Positions 26,698-40,099 of a stretch of 64,000 nt of DNA are shown one piece after another. A program made the translations under genes and the position numbers. This DNA is from Octopus sinensis. Taxonomy: Eukaryota. The DNA lies in contig NC_042999.1 in NCBI RefSeq assembly GCF_006345805.1, positions 133,486,001-133,550,000 of the forward strand, in the 5' to 3' direction. Position 1 is the stretch's first letter; every line of letters begins with the position of its first letter. The notes beneath the pieces are model-generated. The model made no database searches. It saw nothing but the letters and a program-made list of their open reading frames with translations, and was not told the DNA's origin.

Positions 26698-27364
26698 TAT
26701 TTCTTTATTGCCCACAAGTGGCTAAACATAGAGGGGAAAACCAAGGACAGACAAACGGATTAAGTCGATTACATCGACCCCAGTGCGTAACTGGTACTTA
26801 ATTTATCGACCTCGAAAGGATGAAAGGCAAAGTCGACCTCGGTGGAATTTGAACTCGAAACATAACGGCAGACGAAATACCTATTTCTTTACTGCCCACA
26901 AGGCGCTACACACAGAGGGGACGATCAAGGACAGACAAACGGATTAAGTCGATTATATCGATCCCAGTGCGTAACTGGTACTTATTTAATAGACCCTGAA
27001 AGGATGAAAGCCAAAGTTGACCTCGGCGGAATTTGAACTCAGAACGTACCGGTGGACGAAATACCTATATCTTTACTACCCACAAGGGGCTACACACAGA
27101 CGGGACAAACAAGGACAGACAAACGGATTAAGCCGATTATATCGACTCCAGTGCGTAACTGGTACTTATTTAATCGACCCCGAAAGGATGAAAGGCAAAG
27201 TCGACCTCGACGGAATTTGAACTCAGAATGTAGCTGCAGACGAAATACCGCTAAGCATTCCGCCCGGCATGCTAACGTTTTGATCAGCCCGCCGCTCTCG
27301 GTGGACGAAATAACGCTAAGCATTTCGTCCGGCGCGCTACCGATTCTGACAGCTCGCCGCCTTA
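26698..27364 (-). mobile_element. SINE family B head-to-tail trimer with a duplicated head
   Basis: Junctions at 26880/26881 and 27064/27065 (period 184). The head segment occurs twice in about 27240-27364. Confidence 0.9.
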
Positions 27365-28258
27365 GGTTTGTATAAATATCGTAACAAAAGTAAAGTTTGA
27401 AGGAAATATTAACTATTTTTCATGCTTTCTAAATAAAATAACAGTTGTTACCCGAGGTAAAAAATCGTGTTACACAGTGTAATGAAATATAAAACCTTAG
27501 ATGGTTGACGAAGCTGCAGTTGTGAATCAGCATAAAAATGATAAAAGTACATGTAGATCACGGCTTAAAATTTATACAGTACATATATGTATTGAAATAA
27601 AAATTATCCAACTTATTTAATGGCCGAAGGAAGTAAATATGAGATATTAAATATTAAAAAAAAATATACGGTATGTCAAGTACAGTATAACTATAGAATG
27701 AGATGTATACCTTTCGATAGAGCGAGTAATATATTTGGATAAAATAATACAGTAACTTAAAAATAGTTTTTAAAAAATTTTATAGAATATTAGTTGGAAA
27801 TATTGTATTGATATGCTATGCAGAAAAAAACTATTAAATGAAAGAGGCAGGGATCGAGCGGGTAGATAGAAGGTATATTGTATTGATCATAGAGTAAAGA
27901 AAAAAAAAGATGACATAATATTCCTGAAGTCTAAAAATCACATTGGTTAGGGGTGAAAATGTAGTTTTATGCAACGAACCCTTAGGGATAAATAAGACAG
28001 AAGTTCTCTCCAGGTTATGAAAGAGAAAATGAATATTGCTTATGAAGACAAATGATAACTAAGGTTAAAGACATAGTACAAAACGGTGCTATGACAGTGA
28101 AACCTCGGGGGCAGAAAACGGCTTTAAATCAAATATCTAAATAACCGGCAGTTTAATATCAGCTATGTCACATAAACATTATGGGTATAAGAGGAAAAAA
28201 AAACTATTTAGTTAAATAGATATGATATTTGCATATTAGTATGTGTGTGTGTGTGTCG

Positions 28259-28300
<42 letters not shown>

Positions 28301-28304
28301 GATA

Positions 28305-28422
28305 CTTAAACAAGAATAATGTTGACAGTGACTTCGCAGTTTCGGCCAGCTAAGCCAATTTCGGACGATGGCTTTGCTAGTTGAAACTTTGAAGTCATTG
28401 TTAATTCATATTCTTGTTTAAG
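28305..28422. repeat. 118-bp imperfect palindrome with a hammerhead-like motif on each strand
   Basis: Perfect 14-bp ends cttaaacaagaata/tattcttgtttaag, and the arms pair to the centre. Confidence 0.8.
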
Positions 28423-28636
28423 AATAATGAATTTGTACTCCAGAAAAGCATATACTATATGCTTTTCTGGAGTATATATGCCATATAGTAACCCATCATA
28501 CTAATGGGAAAATGCTTTTTTTTTTTATTGTAATTCAACATAAATACATAAATACATACATACATACATGCATACAACATACATACATACATACATACAT
28601 ACATACATACATACATACATACATACAGGCATACAT

Positions 28637-28685
<49 letters not shown>

Positions 28686-28699
28686 TATATATATACATA

Positions 28700-29992
28700 C
28701 AAGGGTTGGACAAAATAATGGAAACACCTTAAAATTTCAAACAAATTTATTTTAATATGGGGTAGGACCACCTTTGGCATTAATTGCAGCTTGAATTCTA
28801 CGAGGTCTGGACTCGTACAAAGTTTGAATTGTTTCCAAAGGAATTTTTGTCTATTCTTCAGCTAAAACAGTCTCCAGTTCTTGTAGTGATGATGGTGGGG
28901 ATATCGACTCCTGACTTGTTTTTCAAAAATGCACCATGTATGTTCAATAATATTGAGATCTGGGGACTGTGGTGGCCAGATAAGATGTTCAACTTCACTA
29001 GAATGTTCCTCGTGTCATTCAGTAACAACTTTAGCCGTGTGAATCGGTGCATTATCATTCTGAAAGATTGTGTTTCCCTCCGGAAACAGTTCCGCAACCT
29101 TAGCATGAATTTGATCAGATAAAATGCTTAAATAGTCTTGACTATTAATTCTGCCATGAAGGGAAACCATTGGGCCAGCGGATTTCTAAGATATAGCACC
29201 CCCAGATCATCACAGATCCTCCTCCATGTTTAACAGCTGGAAGAAGGCAGTCTGGGGGAAATGCTTCTTTTGGCTGTCTCCACACGTATACTCAGCTGGT
29301 GGTCGGAAATAATGTAAAAGATGACTTGTCCAAGAAAATAACATTCTTCCACTGCTCTAGGGTCCAATTCTGTAGGTTTTTACTCCACTCTAAATGCTTT
29401 GCAACGTTTGTTTTTGAAAGAAATGGTTTTCTGATTGCAGCCCTTCCATGAAATCCGGCTTTGTGTAGCTTCCAACGAACAGTTTTTTGTGGAAACTGGA
29501 TTCTCGAGGTGGTCATTAAGCTCTGCAGTAATTTTGAGAGTTGTACTTTTGTGATCCTTTCTAACAATTTGCGTAAGAGTCCGACGGTCCCTATCTGAAA
29601 GTCTTGGTTCTCTTCCGGAGTTTTGGTTTTCTTCCTGAGTTTTGTTTCGACGAGGAGGTTTTTCCCTCTTTCTCAAAGTCTGTCATTATTATCGAAACAT
29701 TGCTTCTTGATACACCAAACATTTCGGCTGTTTTTCGTTACGCTAGTGCCTGCCATACGAGCACCAACAATTTGACCTCTTTGAAAGTCCGATAGATCTG
29801 TCATTTTAATGAATTTTAATTGCCTTTTTCAGATGTTATCTGAAAAAAAACAGCACTTTTAGCGAAACATATTAAACAACACTAACAATAAATATTAAAA
29901 AACATTAAAATAAACACACGTTTGACGGTTTTATAGATATTTCAAAATTATGATGCTATGATGCTAGGTGTTTCCATTATTTTGTCCAACCC

Positions 29993-29995
<3 letters not shown>
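28700..29995 (-). mobile_element. Full-length Tc1-type DNA transposon (DD36E, Incomer-like)
   Basis: 30-bp TIRs at 28700-28729 and 29966-29995 (29/30 identical), TA on both sides, 1296 bp in total. Confidence 0.95.
28752..29804 (-). pseudogene. Tc1-family transposase pseudogene
   Basis: Reads MTDLSDFQRGQIVGARMAG... WKNVIFLDKSSF... KHGGGSVMIWG... FQNDNAPIH... WPPQSPDLNIIE... NAKGGPTPY*. Lesions: a 19-bp duplication at 29606-29643, +1 frameshifts, and in-frame stops (e.g. 29015-29017). Confidence 0.93.
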
Positions 29996-30055
<60 letters not shown>

Positions 30056-30538
30056 TTAGAGGAATTATATACTTAGATAAGTTTCCACCATAATAGCACT
30101 GGAAAAGATATTTAAAGATGTTTCATATAGTACAGTCATTCGTTAAAGACTATAGCCTATTTGAGTAAAGAGGTATTCTTTGTACAGATATATTTGGGTG
30201 TATGTGTTTCGGGAATTTGCTAAAGATGTTCATCCAGGAACCATTAAAATGTCATGAGATCTTTTTTTCTTTTCTTATATGTCTTGGCATGATGTCAAAA
30301 GGAGCAGAGACAGATGGAGTGAAATAGATCTCTTAGTGTCGCGATGTGAAGCAAGCATGACTTTTGTAAAGGACGGATGACACAGGGAGCAAGCCGTACA
30401 CGAATTTCAAAGCTGATATCACTATCATTCGGGCAATGCTGTTGGAAACATTTCCACATTATAAAATGATATAGCACTCAGGTGACGTTGGAAGGGAATA
30501 AAGTTTGACATTCTCAAGTCTATCCCAATAATCATGTC

Positions 30539-30978
30539 AGGCGCAGGAATGGCTGTGTGGTAAGTAGCTTGCTAACCAACCACATAGTTCCGGGTTCAGT
30601 CCCACTGCGTGGCATCTTGGGCAAGTGTCTTCTGCTATAACCCCGGGCTGACCAATGCCTTGTGAGTGGATTTGGTAGACAGAAACTGAAAGAAGCCTGT
30701 CGTATATATGTATACATATATATATGTGTGTGTGTGTGTGTGAGTGTGTGTGTGTATGTGTGTGTTTGTGTGTCTGTGTTTGTCCCCCTAGCATTGCTTG
30801 ACAACCGATGCTGGTGTGTTTACTACCGCGTCACTTAGCAGTTCGGCAAAAGAGACCGATAGAATAAGTACTGGGCTTACAAAGAATAAGTCCCGGGGTC
30901 GATTTGCTCGACTAAAAGCGGTGCTCCAGCATGGCCGCAGTCAAATGACTGAAACGAGTAAAAGAGTAAAAGAGTAAA
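30539..30978 (+). mobile_element. SINE family A, young full-length copy
   Basis: Nearly identical to 53218-53634. Confidence 0.92.
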
Positions 30979-31144
30979 GAGTACGTCGTTATCTTTTTTT
31001 TTGCGACCGATCTCTGAGGTCAAAACGGACAACAGTATTCAAGATGATGAAGGGCAAACATTCATGGTTCATACATGAGTGCATAAGGTGTACGTTTATG
31101 TATATATATTTATGTATATATCTGCTCATATACATATGCTAGTA

Positions 31145-31516
31145 TTTACTACCTCCATCTTAGCGAAGGCGGAGGTATTGTTTGCAGTCTTGTTTGTTTG
31201 TTTGTCCGAGGACAAACAAACAATCTCAAAAACTGCTGGATGGATTCGGATGAAACTTTCAGGGATGTTTGGCCTCGTGACTAACTAGATTTTGTGATCG
31301 ATCCGGTATCGGACAAGGGTGCTGCATTATTTTTCCTGTTTTTTTTTTTACTTAACTTTTGGGAGCGGTCGGGTTCATTTTAAGTACTCTCGCTTGTGAG
31401 AGCAGTCGAGTTTGTTTCAGGTATTCTCATCTCTGGCTAATCGTTGGCTAATCGTTGAGAGGACTTTGCTGTTGCCTTGGCGGAGGTTTGCGCGCCCTCT
31501 GAGTGCTCTCAAGATT
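31145..31516 (+). mobile_element. Helentron-associated non-autonomous element (HINE-like)
   Basis: 5' end ttactacctcc...ggcggaggt, a (TTTG)n tract, and 3' ccttggcggaggt...ctctgagtgctctcaagatt. The ends are T-rich. Confidence 0.6.
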
Positions 31517-32463
31517 TTATATCAATCTATGTGCTTGGTTGTGTACATATAGGTATGTATGTATAGGTATGTACGTACACATGTATATATATGTGGGGGT
31601 GTATACACACACACATATATATATATTTCTTTATATCTTTATATATATTTCTTCATACGCACATATATATATGCATATATGCATACATACATACATCCAT
31701 ACATACATCCATACATCCATCCATCCATCCATACATACATACATACATACATACATATTCGCACAGAACAGTCACGCAGAAAAAATTCCACTCACACATG
31801 TATGTATGTATGTATGTATGTATGTATGTATGCATGTACGTACGGATGTGTATGTATGTAAGCATATAGATGTACGTATGTACGTATGTATATATATTTA
31901 TACATATATATATACATGTATGTATGTATGTATGTATGTATGTATGTATGTATGTATGTATGTATGTATGTATTTATATATATATACATGATACTTTGTA
32001 CATACTTACATATTAAAAGTACGCTAACGTACATTTTGCACAGTGTCCAAAAAGGAATACATTAATCCAATTGTTTTCGAAAAGAATTTCAATTTCGAAT
32101 TTAAATTTAATGTGTTTATTTCAATCCTATTTTATTTAAAGTATCTTTCTTGCTCATTTTTTTTTCTTCTTTTTTTTTTCGTTTTTATCGTTCATTTTCT
32201 TTTCCCTGAGTTTTCATCTTTTATTTCCTTTCATATCGTCTCTCCAAACATGCCAAAATGAAAAGTCAAAAGTTGAATAAAATTTATACATGTCAAAACA
32301 ATAACATGTATTTCATTCACATCTCCTCCGCATGAGGGAAAATACATAATTCAACACACTTAACAATGAGCAATGTGCATTTCAACTCTAATACGCACCC
32401 TCACCTTCACCTCTTCTCTCTCTCTCTCTCTCTCTCTGATTAAACATACATATACACACACAC

Positions 32464-32586
<123 letters not shown>

Positions 32587-33144
32587 ATATATATACATAA
32601 TTATATATGTGCATGCTTGCACGCAGTTGTTTTGTATGAATTTGTTGTTCTTTGTTTTGTTTTTCAAGTTTAAATCTGATTTTAAAATTTAAATCTCTCC
32701 CTATCATTGTCAGGAATTCAGCCATACAAAGTTCGTGTTCAAATGGGATTTATTAAAATTTATTGTAGTTTCGAACCATTTCAAGATTCGAGGTTCAGTA
32801 GGAGCAAAGTCAGAGGATTAACTCTGATAATGGTTCTGTAGAAATCTGTTTTATAGTATTATTTCCATACCTTAGAACTGTATTTATTTGTGTGTTTGTG
32901 TTATTTCATCTTTTTCATGTCAATAAGAAATGATTGCCGCATCAGTAGATACAGTTATCATCAGCGTTGTACATGTTCTTCTAGTTGTTATTGTCTAGTT
33001 GTTATTGTTATTTATACTATTTTTATTTTTAATGTTGTTGATGTTGTACTCCGCCTCTTCCTCATTCTCCTCCTTCTCCTCCTCCTCCATCTTCTTTATC
33101 CTCCGCCTTCTCCTCTTCTTTTACTATTACTACTACAACTATAG

Positions 33145-33230
33145 CTTCTTCTTCTTCTTCTTCTTCTTCTTCTTCTTCTTCTTCTTCTTCTTCTTCTTCT
33201 TCTTCTTCTTCTTCTCTTCTTCTTCTTCTT
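33145..33230. repeat. (CTT)n microsatellite
   Basis: Read directly. Confidence 0.95.
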
Positions 33231-33522
33231 CAATACGTATATCAAAACAAGCTAGCAAATGTCGGAAACAAGAATACCAAGAAAAATTGAAAAATAAAAT
33301 TATAAAAGTATTTCAATCCTTAAATAGATCAATCACCGAAAATAGATGAAATGGAAACTACACATATACACATACATAACATTAGACAAAGTTAAGCAAG
33401 GGCACCCAAAATCAAGAACTGCCCAAAATAAGAGATTGTCTTCGGATTTCAAAAAACGTATTCGTATGGAAAGTGACAGTGAAGCTTTGAACTAAGCAAG
33501 CAGTTCGACTCAGACCTTAAGC

Positions 33523-33963
33523 CAGGTGTTCTCAACCACTTTTTATCTATAGACCCCTTTGAAATACTATTTTACCATTCGATGTTTAAAAACTAGTTTT
33601 ATAGAAATTTCTTTCAAAATTCCCATTTTGTTTTTCACACAATAATTTGTGTAGATTAAATTATACAAAACGCTAGAGAAAGAATCCTAGCTGCTTCTTA
33701 AAATACATACTAATAAATACATCGAAAGCAACATCTTATGGAGGGTCCTTAAAATACTATTGTATTTAAAACGTAGAGAAAGAAACCTCACTGTTTTTTT
33801 TTTTCAATACATACCAATACATGCACCTAAAGCAAAAAATTTTCAGGGCCCCTGAAATACTATTGTGAATCCCCAATATACTGCTTTGTTGCATGAACCC
33901 CGACATAAAAAAATCTTGTATGGACCTTCATAGGGCCATATGGACCCCGGTTGAGAACCACTG
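33523..33963. mobile_element. hAT (Buster/Charlie-type) MITE
   Basis: Ends caggtgttctcaacc and ggttgagaaccactg. Perfect 8-bp TSD ccttaagc (33515-33522 and 33964-33971) with a central TA. Confidence 0.9.
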
Positions 33964-36813
33964 CCTTAAGCAATTTTAGAAACAGATTTAAATAAAATTT
34001 AAAACAAGTCGGTACCAATAATAACAGAAGTCAATTTTTTCGGGGTAAGTGTATAAATAGTGAACAGAACGCCACAGGAGAAAATGTTAAAAGAACTTCT
34101 TTTAAGAAATTTCTGAGAAGAAGTAACCATCCGTAATTTAACTTATATATCTTTTCGAATATCCAGCTTTGTTCTTACTTAGAGTAGGTTTACGGAGGGA
34201 AGGAAAACAACAACTCACTACTAATTCGATCTACCACTAATTCAGTCTCTGTGCTGTGTGAAAATGGATTAGAATCCATCAAGTAACTTGCCTCCATTTC
34301 CTCCATATCATCTCCCAGTGATATTACACGAGGAAATATTTATAAGTAACCCGGAAAGAAGAAAAGGCGTTGTGCTAAGACCGTTGGGCTCAGGCATATG
34401 GTTTCGAAACAGTGAATCATCGCTAAAAGTAGGAAAAGGCAAATAGCTATAAAATATGAAAAAGTGAATAATAATACCCAGGAATGACGAAGTGCCAAAC
34501 TTTCAACTAAAATAATCCAGACGTATGAATAAAATACTCGCTGAAGGAGTTGAAATTAAATGGCCAAGCTACAGAAAAAGAAAAAAGAACTGGATGCTTC
34601 ACTAAAGGAAAAACCATTTTAATCTTGCAAAATTGAAAAACTATACACAATGTCCTAATCTACAGATCCACCATCAACAATATACTGACACTTAGAGTAA
34701 TATTATCACAAAGATAAATTCTCATCTGGAAAAATTAAAATGTGTGTGGGAGGGTTGTGTTTGTGCGTGTGTGTGTATATATATATATATATATATCTTT
34801 CTCTCTCTTTCTGTGCGCGTGCGTGCGTGTGTACTGAGTAAAACGGGAGCACAGCTTCAAGAATGAAAATCTAGTGTATGTGATGCAATTCTAGCCCCGA
34901 TATATATGTAATATCTATCACTGTGAGAAATCAAAGCATTTTAAAGTGTTGGAATTTTAGCAGCTTTGAAGGTTGTAATTTGTTCATGATTAAACTGGTG
35001 GCGTTTGACGTGTTTTTTTAATTAAAATATGTAGCAACCGAATGCTGGGCGTGTTGAATAAGACCATGTTCTCTTATTTCCACTGAAAGACGGTTCCCAG
35101 GTTCTGCTTATTGATACAATGTATGTTTGTTTGATGTGAGGGATCTATGTTACATGTTGATGACAACTGTGTCCAGAAACTCAAGGAGTAAACAGTGCCA
35201 ACATCAATATAAGAGTGTGTATCGCCAAACATGCGTGGTGGGGTGGGGGTCTTGAGGTGGACAAAGAAATCTCCGGTGAACGGATTGGCAATCAGAGAGA
35301 GAGAGAGAGCCATATCTTCATTCTATGCAACGAAGCTTGCATGTGTGCCAAATAGGGTGTTGTGTTTTGCATTCAAGACTGTTTCGTTATGTGTTTGTAG
35401 GTATGTTTAGGTGGTGGGGTGAAGTCACACCGTCCCAGACGTGTGACCGGTAATATATATCATGGTTGCTAATCTGCCAGGAAGATTTTAAAGTGATTAG
35501 AATGAATATTTGTTACTAATGAAGGAGTTCAAGGGTAAAAGGCCAATGACGAATGAAAGAGAACAAATCTCGTGCAAATTTGGTTCTGACTTAGCCATAA
35601 CGGCGGTTACTTAAAGTGATAAAAGGGTTGATATTAACGACTTTTTATATCACACGCGAGTTGTTTGAATTTCGCGTAGGATATGGAAGAAGGTTGAAGT
35701 GAAATGTTTAATAGGAGATTTGTGAGTTGTGACTCAGCGAAAACGACAAGAGCAGAAAAGATTTCCGCACAAGGTAAGTGTAGATAGGAGTGAAAAGAAA
35801 TCAGAAAGTGATTTTTGCTGATTATTTACTACGACATGTTTATTTGGCTAAAATATTACCTTTACTAGAAAGATAAGCCTTGTCTTGTGATACGGTTTCG
35901 GCACTTTATTGATGTCTGGTTGCTATGAAAAGTAGACAAATGTTTGAGTCTTAAACTGTTTCTTCTCCTTTGAACAAGTAACATATCTACTGTCATCAGC
36001 AAAACTCCATCAATTTACCAATATATTCTATTCTTATTCGAATAGTGATAACACAGAGAGAATTTTCCCCAATTCTTTTTCATTAAAACAGATTTTCTTC
36101 CTGATCAAGTGCATCGATTTCCTCAGTCTGGGTGAAACTGCAGAGACTATGAACAAATCTATCCTTCTTATATTAAACAAGAATTCAAATGAAACATATC
36201 ACTAAATATTCATTACATATCTGAAATTCTATTCATGATTACCCCTGGATAATTGTAAGCAAATGTCAGTCATAAATGAGAGAGTATGTATATGGCAACA
36301 CTGACAGGTGTCACGAGTTGCGAAAGAGTACCTATGGTTACGCTATTTGATAGCTGTCATGTCAGTCACAATAGCTAATTAGTATCTATGGTAACGTTAT
36401 AACAGGTGTCATGAGTTGTTAAAGATTGTATACGTCATAGAATCACTAGTTTTATTGCGAACCATGTAAGTAGTTTACAAACTATAAGAATAGGCTGATC
36501 ACTTACACTATAATTGTCCTCCTCAAACAATCTATTTAACGGCTGCAGATGACAACAATAAGATGACAAAATAATTATAATTCGTCACCATATTGCTAGT
36601 GACAAGATATTGTCGGTGACAAGATTAAGAAAAAGAATTAACAAGTTGCTGCTCTATAATCAGTTGTCGTCCAAACATGTTCAGTATATATCAATGGAAT
36701 GACGTGACTATCATATGGAACCATGAATGAGAGTCACGTTACACTGACAACTTTACACATACAGCTATTGGAACAAAAGGAGGTTGTCTATGGCAAGTTT
36801 CGCTTTTTAACTA

Positions 36814-37204
36814 AACTAGCAGTATCGCCCGGCGTTGCTCGGGTTTGCTTCGACCCTTTAGAATTGGAATTTTTGAAAAGTAAAAATTTTGCATTATGTA
36901 ACTTGTTATTCTCTTTAAGTGAACATTTTTCTGGTTGAAATACACCGAAAAATGGCGACACAGCAGTCAAAAAATCGTAAAAGATAGGGATTTTCATAGA
37001 AAAAAAGCACCTTTTTGATGTAAATAATTTTTGGCGTTAACAAGGTCCGATTTGAATTTTTTCTTCTACGGAAGAGCAAGCCTTCTTCTATCATACTTTC
37101 AATTTTGGTCAACTTGCGCCGCAGGGTCTCGGAGGAGATAGTGTTAGTTGAAAGCTACCTAACCTGCCATACACAGACAACTTCAGCTTTATATAGAGTG
37201 AGAT
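36814..37204 (+). mobile_element. Helitron/Lep1-like non-autonomous element
   Basis: Starts aactagcagtatcgcccggcgttgctcggg and ends cagctttatatagagtgagat, similar to the architecture of Lep1/DINE-type elements. Confidence 0.55.
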
Positions 37205-37459
37205 GTAATGGAAAGGCAAAACTGATAGAAAACCGGATTCGACGTTACGTAGTAGTTAATGTAATCTTTGTATGTTATTTTCCAGGTTCAAATGCTTCCA
37301 AATTTGACTGCGCCGTTATTATTTCTCTAGGGTTCAGGATAAATTAGGGCTTTTATATTTTTTAAGAGACTATTTCAATTGCGTATATTCGTATTTCTTT
37401 TTTTATAAGGTAGCAAAAGGAGGAGATGGAGCAGCTGAAGCCGCGCGTCGTTGAGCTAG

Positions 37460-38185
37460 ATATCTAGATACTCTTTCCTTCTCTTTTCTTTCATAGCATT
37501 ACGCTTAATTCCATCTGCGTCGAGTATTCCCAGCTATTTAATTCCGGATTCAGGTTCAATTGCCTTCGTCATTTCACCTCTTAGCATACATACACCTTCT
37601 GTTCTGACAAACTTTCTTCATCTCACCACTATCGCAGCATATTTTGAAAGTCCAAACCCTATTTTGATATCATTAGAAAAAAATCCACACAGACTGGACT
37701 AGACTGTCCAGTTCTGTCTCACTTTTTTGAACAACTTCTATCCATTCATAAAGAACAGGTGATTAAGCTTTCCTATATCATATCTCAATTCTGTCTTTCG
37801 CAGTATATCATTCAAGGGAATCATTCTCTGCACAAAGGTCAGTGGAGATACACGGTCTCCCTGGAAGATTCCTTTCCTAATTTTCACTTCTCCAAATACC
37901 TGACTCTCTGCTGTCAATTCGGTTCTCCTACATTTCAAACTGCTCCATATTAGGCATCTCATGTTCTCTCATAATCCATTCATTCCCCTGGTTCTTGTTA
38001 TCCAAGTGTATCGTATCATATCATATGCTTTACGATAATCAATCCATGTGTCATCTCTTGCAGTTTTTGATGATTACTTTATCAATTAATAGCTGCTCTT
38101 TCGTTTCCCCGAAGCCTCTTCCGGCAACCATTCTGTTCAATAGGTAGCGGTTCACTTTTTTCTAAGTATCCATTACCGGCCACAA
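37460..38185 (-). pseudogene. R4/Dong-clade non-LTR retrotransposon RT fragment
   Basis: Motifs EQNGCRKRLRG, KEQLLIDK, WIDYRKAYDM, GEVKIRKGIFQGDRVSPLTF, KLNHLFFM and LGILDADGIK..MKEK..KEY. Frameshifted. Confidence 0.82.
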
Positions 38186-38537
38186 CCTAACAACAGTTTC
38201 GGCATGAGCAATAGACACGTCGAAAGATGGATGCAATGTTACATGATAACACTTCCAATCAGTTAAGATCAAAAGCCACGAGAGCCACTGTCTGGTACTG
38301 CATCATAATATTACGATTATCATTTTACTCAGTTGAGGGTGTTAGCGCGTAGGTAACAGCTACGTCTCATTGTTGTGAGCAGTATGTTAGATAAATTGTG
38401 GATCTAACCTGACAACTATTTTCATTACCTTTGAGATATTGGAACGAATGCCAACGCTAAATTAAAGCAGCTTCCCTCTAAGAGCTGGGACACATTGAGA
38501 TACCTTCTAAATATTGGGATCAACACCTGAAAAGAAG

Positions 38538-38569
<32 letters not shown>

Positions 38570-39555
38570 GAGGTTCAAAAGTTTGATGATGATATAGGCT
38601 AGCTTTAGGCGGTTGTGATTAAGGATCATGAAAAAGGCACCTACAGAGCCGGCTGCCTTGTCGAGTAGGAGACATTGTAAACGTATTCGCACATGAAGAC
38701 TATGAGCAGGTGGTGATTCGTTACGAGAGAAATTTGCTTACCATTTCTAGCAGATTGAGTAACTGCTTAGAGGTTCCCTCATTGGCTGGGTCAGGTAAGT
38801 TGTAGGACTACGGAGAAGGCTTTCTTGGCTTTCACGGCTCCCAGCCAAGCTTTCAGGGATATCTTCTTTCGTGTCTGTTTCTGGGTAAGACTGGCCATCT
38901 CCCTAATGATAAATATTCACATACGTATTATTCTTTTATTCTTTTAAGTGTTTCGGCTTTAAAGTTGCGGTCATGTTGGAGCACCTTATATTGAACAATG
39001 CTAGCGATCACAATATAAGTGATAAATGACGATGATGATTAGAAGGTGGAGAAAGTGTCGGGGGAGAATGAGTTGGAGAAGAATGAGTAGGGAGAGAACG
39101 GAAATGAAGAGTAGGAGGAAGCGGAGGATTAAGAAGAGGACGACGAGGAAGAGGACGAAGGAGACGACGACGAGGAGGTCGAAGATGAGGAAGGAGAGAA
39201 AGCATTATTTTGGAAGATAGCAGCGGGAACAATAGCTGTAACGCTAAAGATGATGAGGAGGTCTTGCTAAGAAACGAAAGAAAGAACTGTTTTAGAGTTA
39301 ACCAAACCGACTGCAAAATATGACTGGTATATTTTGCCCTGGAGCAATGAAAATTAAATTTACTCCGGTTGATTTGAACCACAGCAGTTTGCTAAAAGTC
39401 TTTTCCAATTGTCCTATCCAGTGTTCTGTTGCTACAACATAACGCTTCGTAGAAATGTTGCAATGGCAACGTTAAATAATATAAGTGCGGCGGTGACGAC
39501 GAGGAATTATTCTTATGATGATACTTATGATGCTAATAGGTAGTGGTGATGTTCG

Positions 39556-39617
39556 TGGTGGTGGTGGTGGTGGTGGTGGTGGTGGGGTGGTGGTGGTGGT
39601 GGTGGTGGTGGTGGTGG

Positions 39618-39648
<31 letters not shown>

Positions 39649-39731
39649 GGTGGTGCTGGTGGTGCTGGTGGTGGTGCTGGTGGTGGTGGTGGTGCTGGTG
39701 CTGGTGATAGTGGTGGTGGTGGTGGTGGTGT
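39556..39731. repeat. (GGT)n/(GGTGCT) microsatellite
   Basis: Read directly. Confidence 0.95.
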
Positions 39732-40099
39732 TGCTGCTAGTAACATCAAGAGACGTTGTTGATTGTTGATATCAGTGTCATTAATAAAGATAGCTAACTA
39801 TGAAATCAGACATCAGACAACGCGTGCAATTTACCCGGATGTCGAGTGATGTTGTTAAGGCTTGTCAAGTGACATCTTAATAATAGTGTGGTTAAAGATC
39901 ATGTTTTAACAATGGTAGTATTACTGATTATGATATTAGCATCACGAGATACATACATGTAGAACAGAGGAAGACAAGATAATAAAGGAAGTTGATTAAT
40001 ATCAATGTTAGAGGATACAATATGGCTGTGGACAGCCGCTACTAATGCCTGAATATTCCTTTTCAAATATGGACTTCATATAATGATGCTTAATATTGT

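Noticed and set aside
39515-39769. Poly-Pro/His and poly-Val/Gly ORFs
   Set aside because: Translations of the (GGT)n microsatellite.
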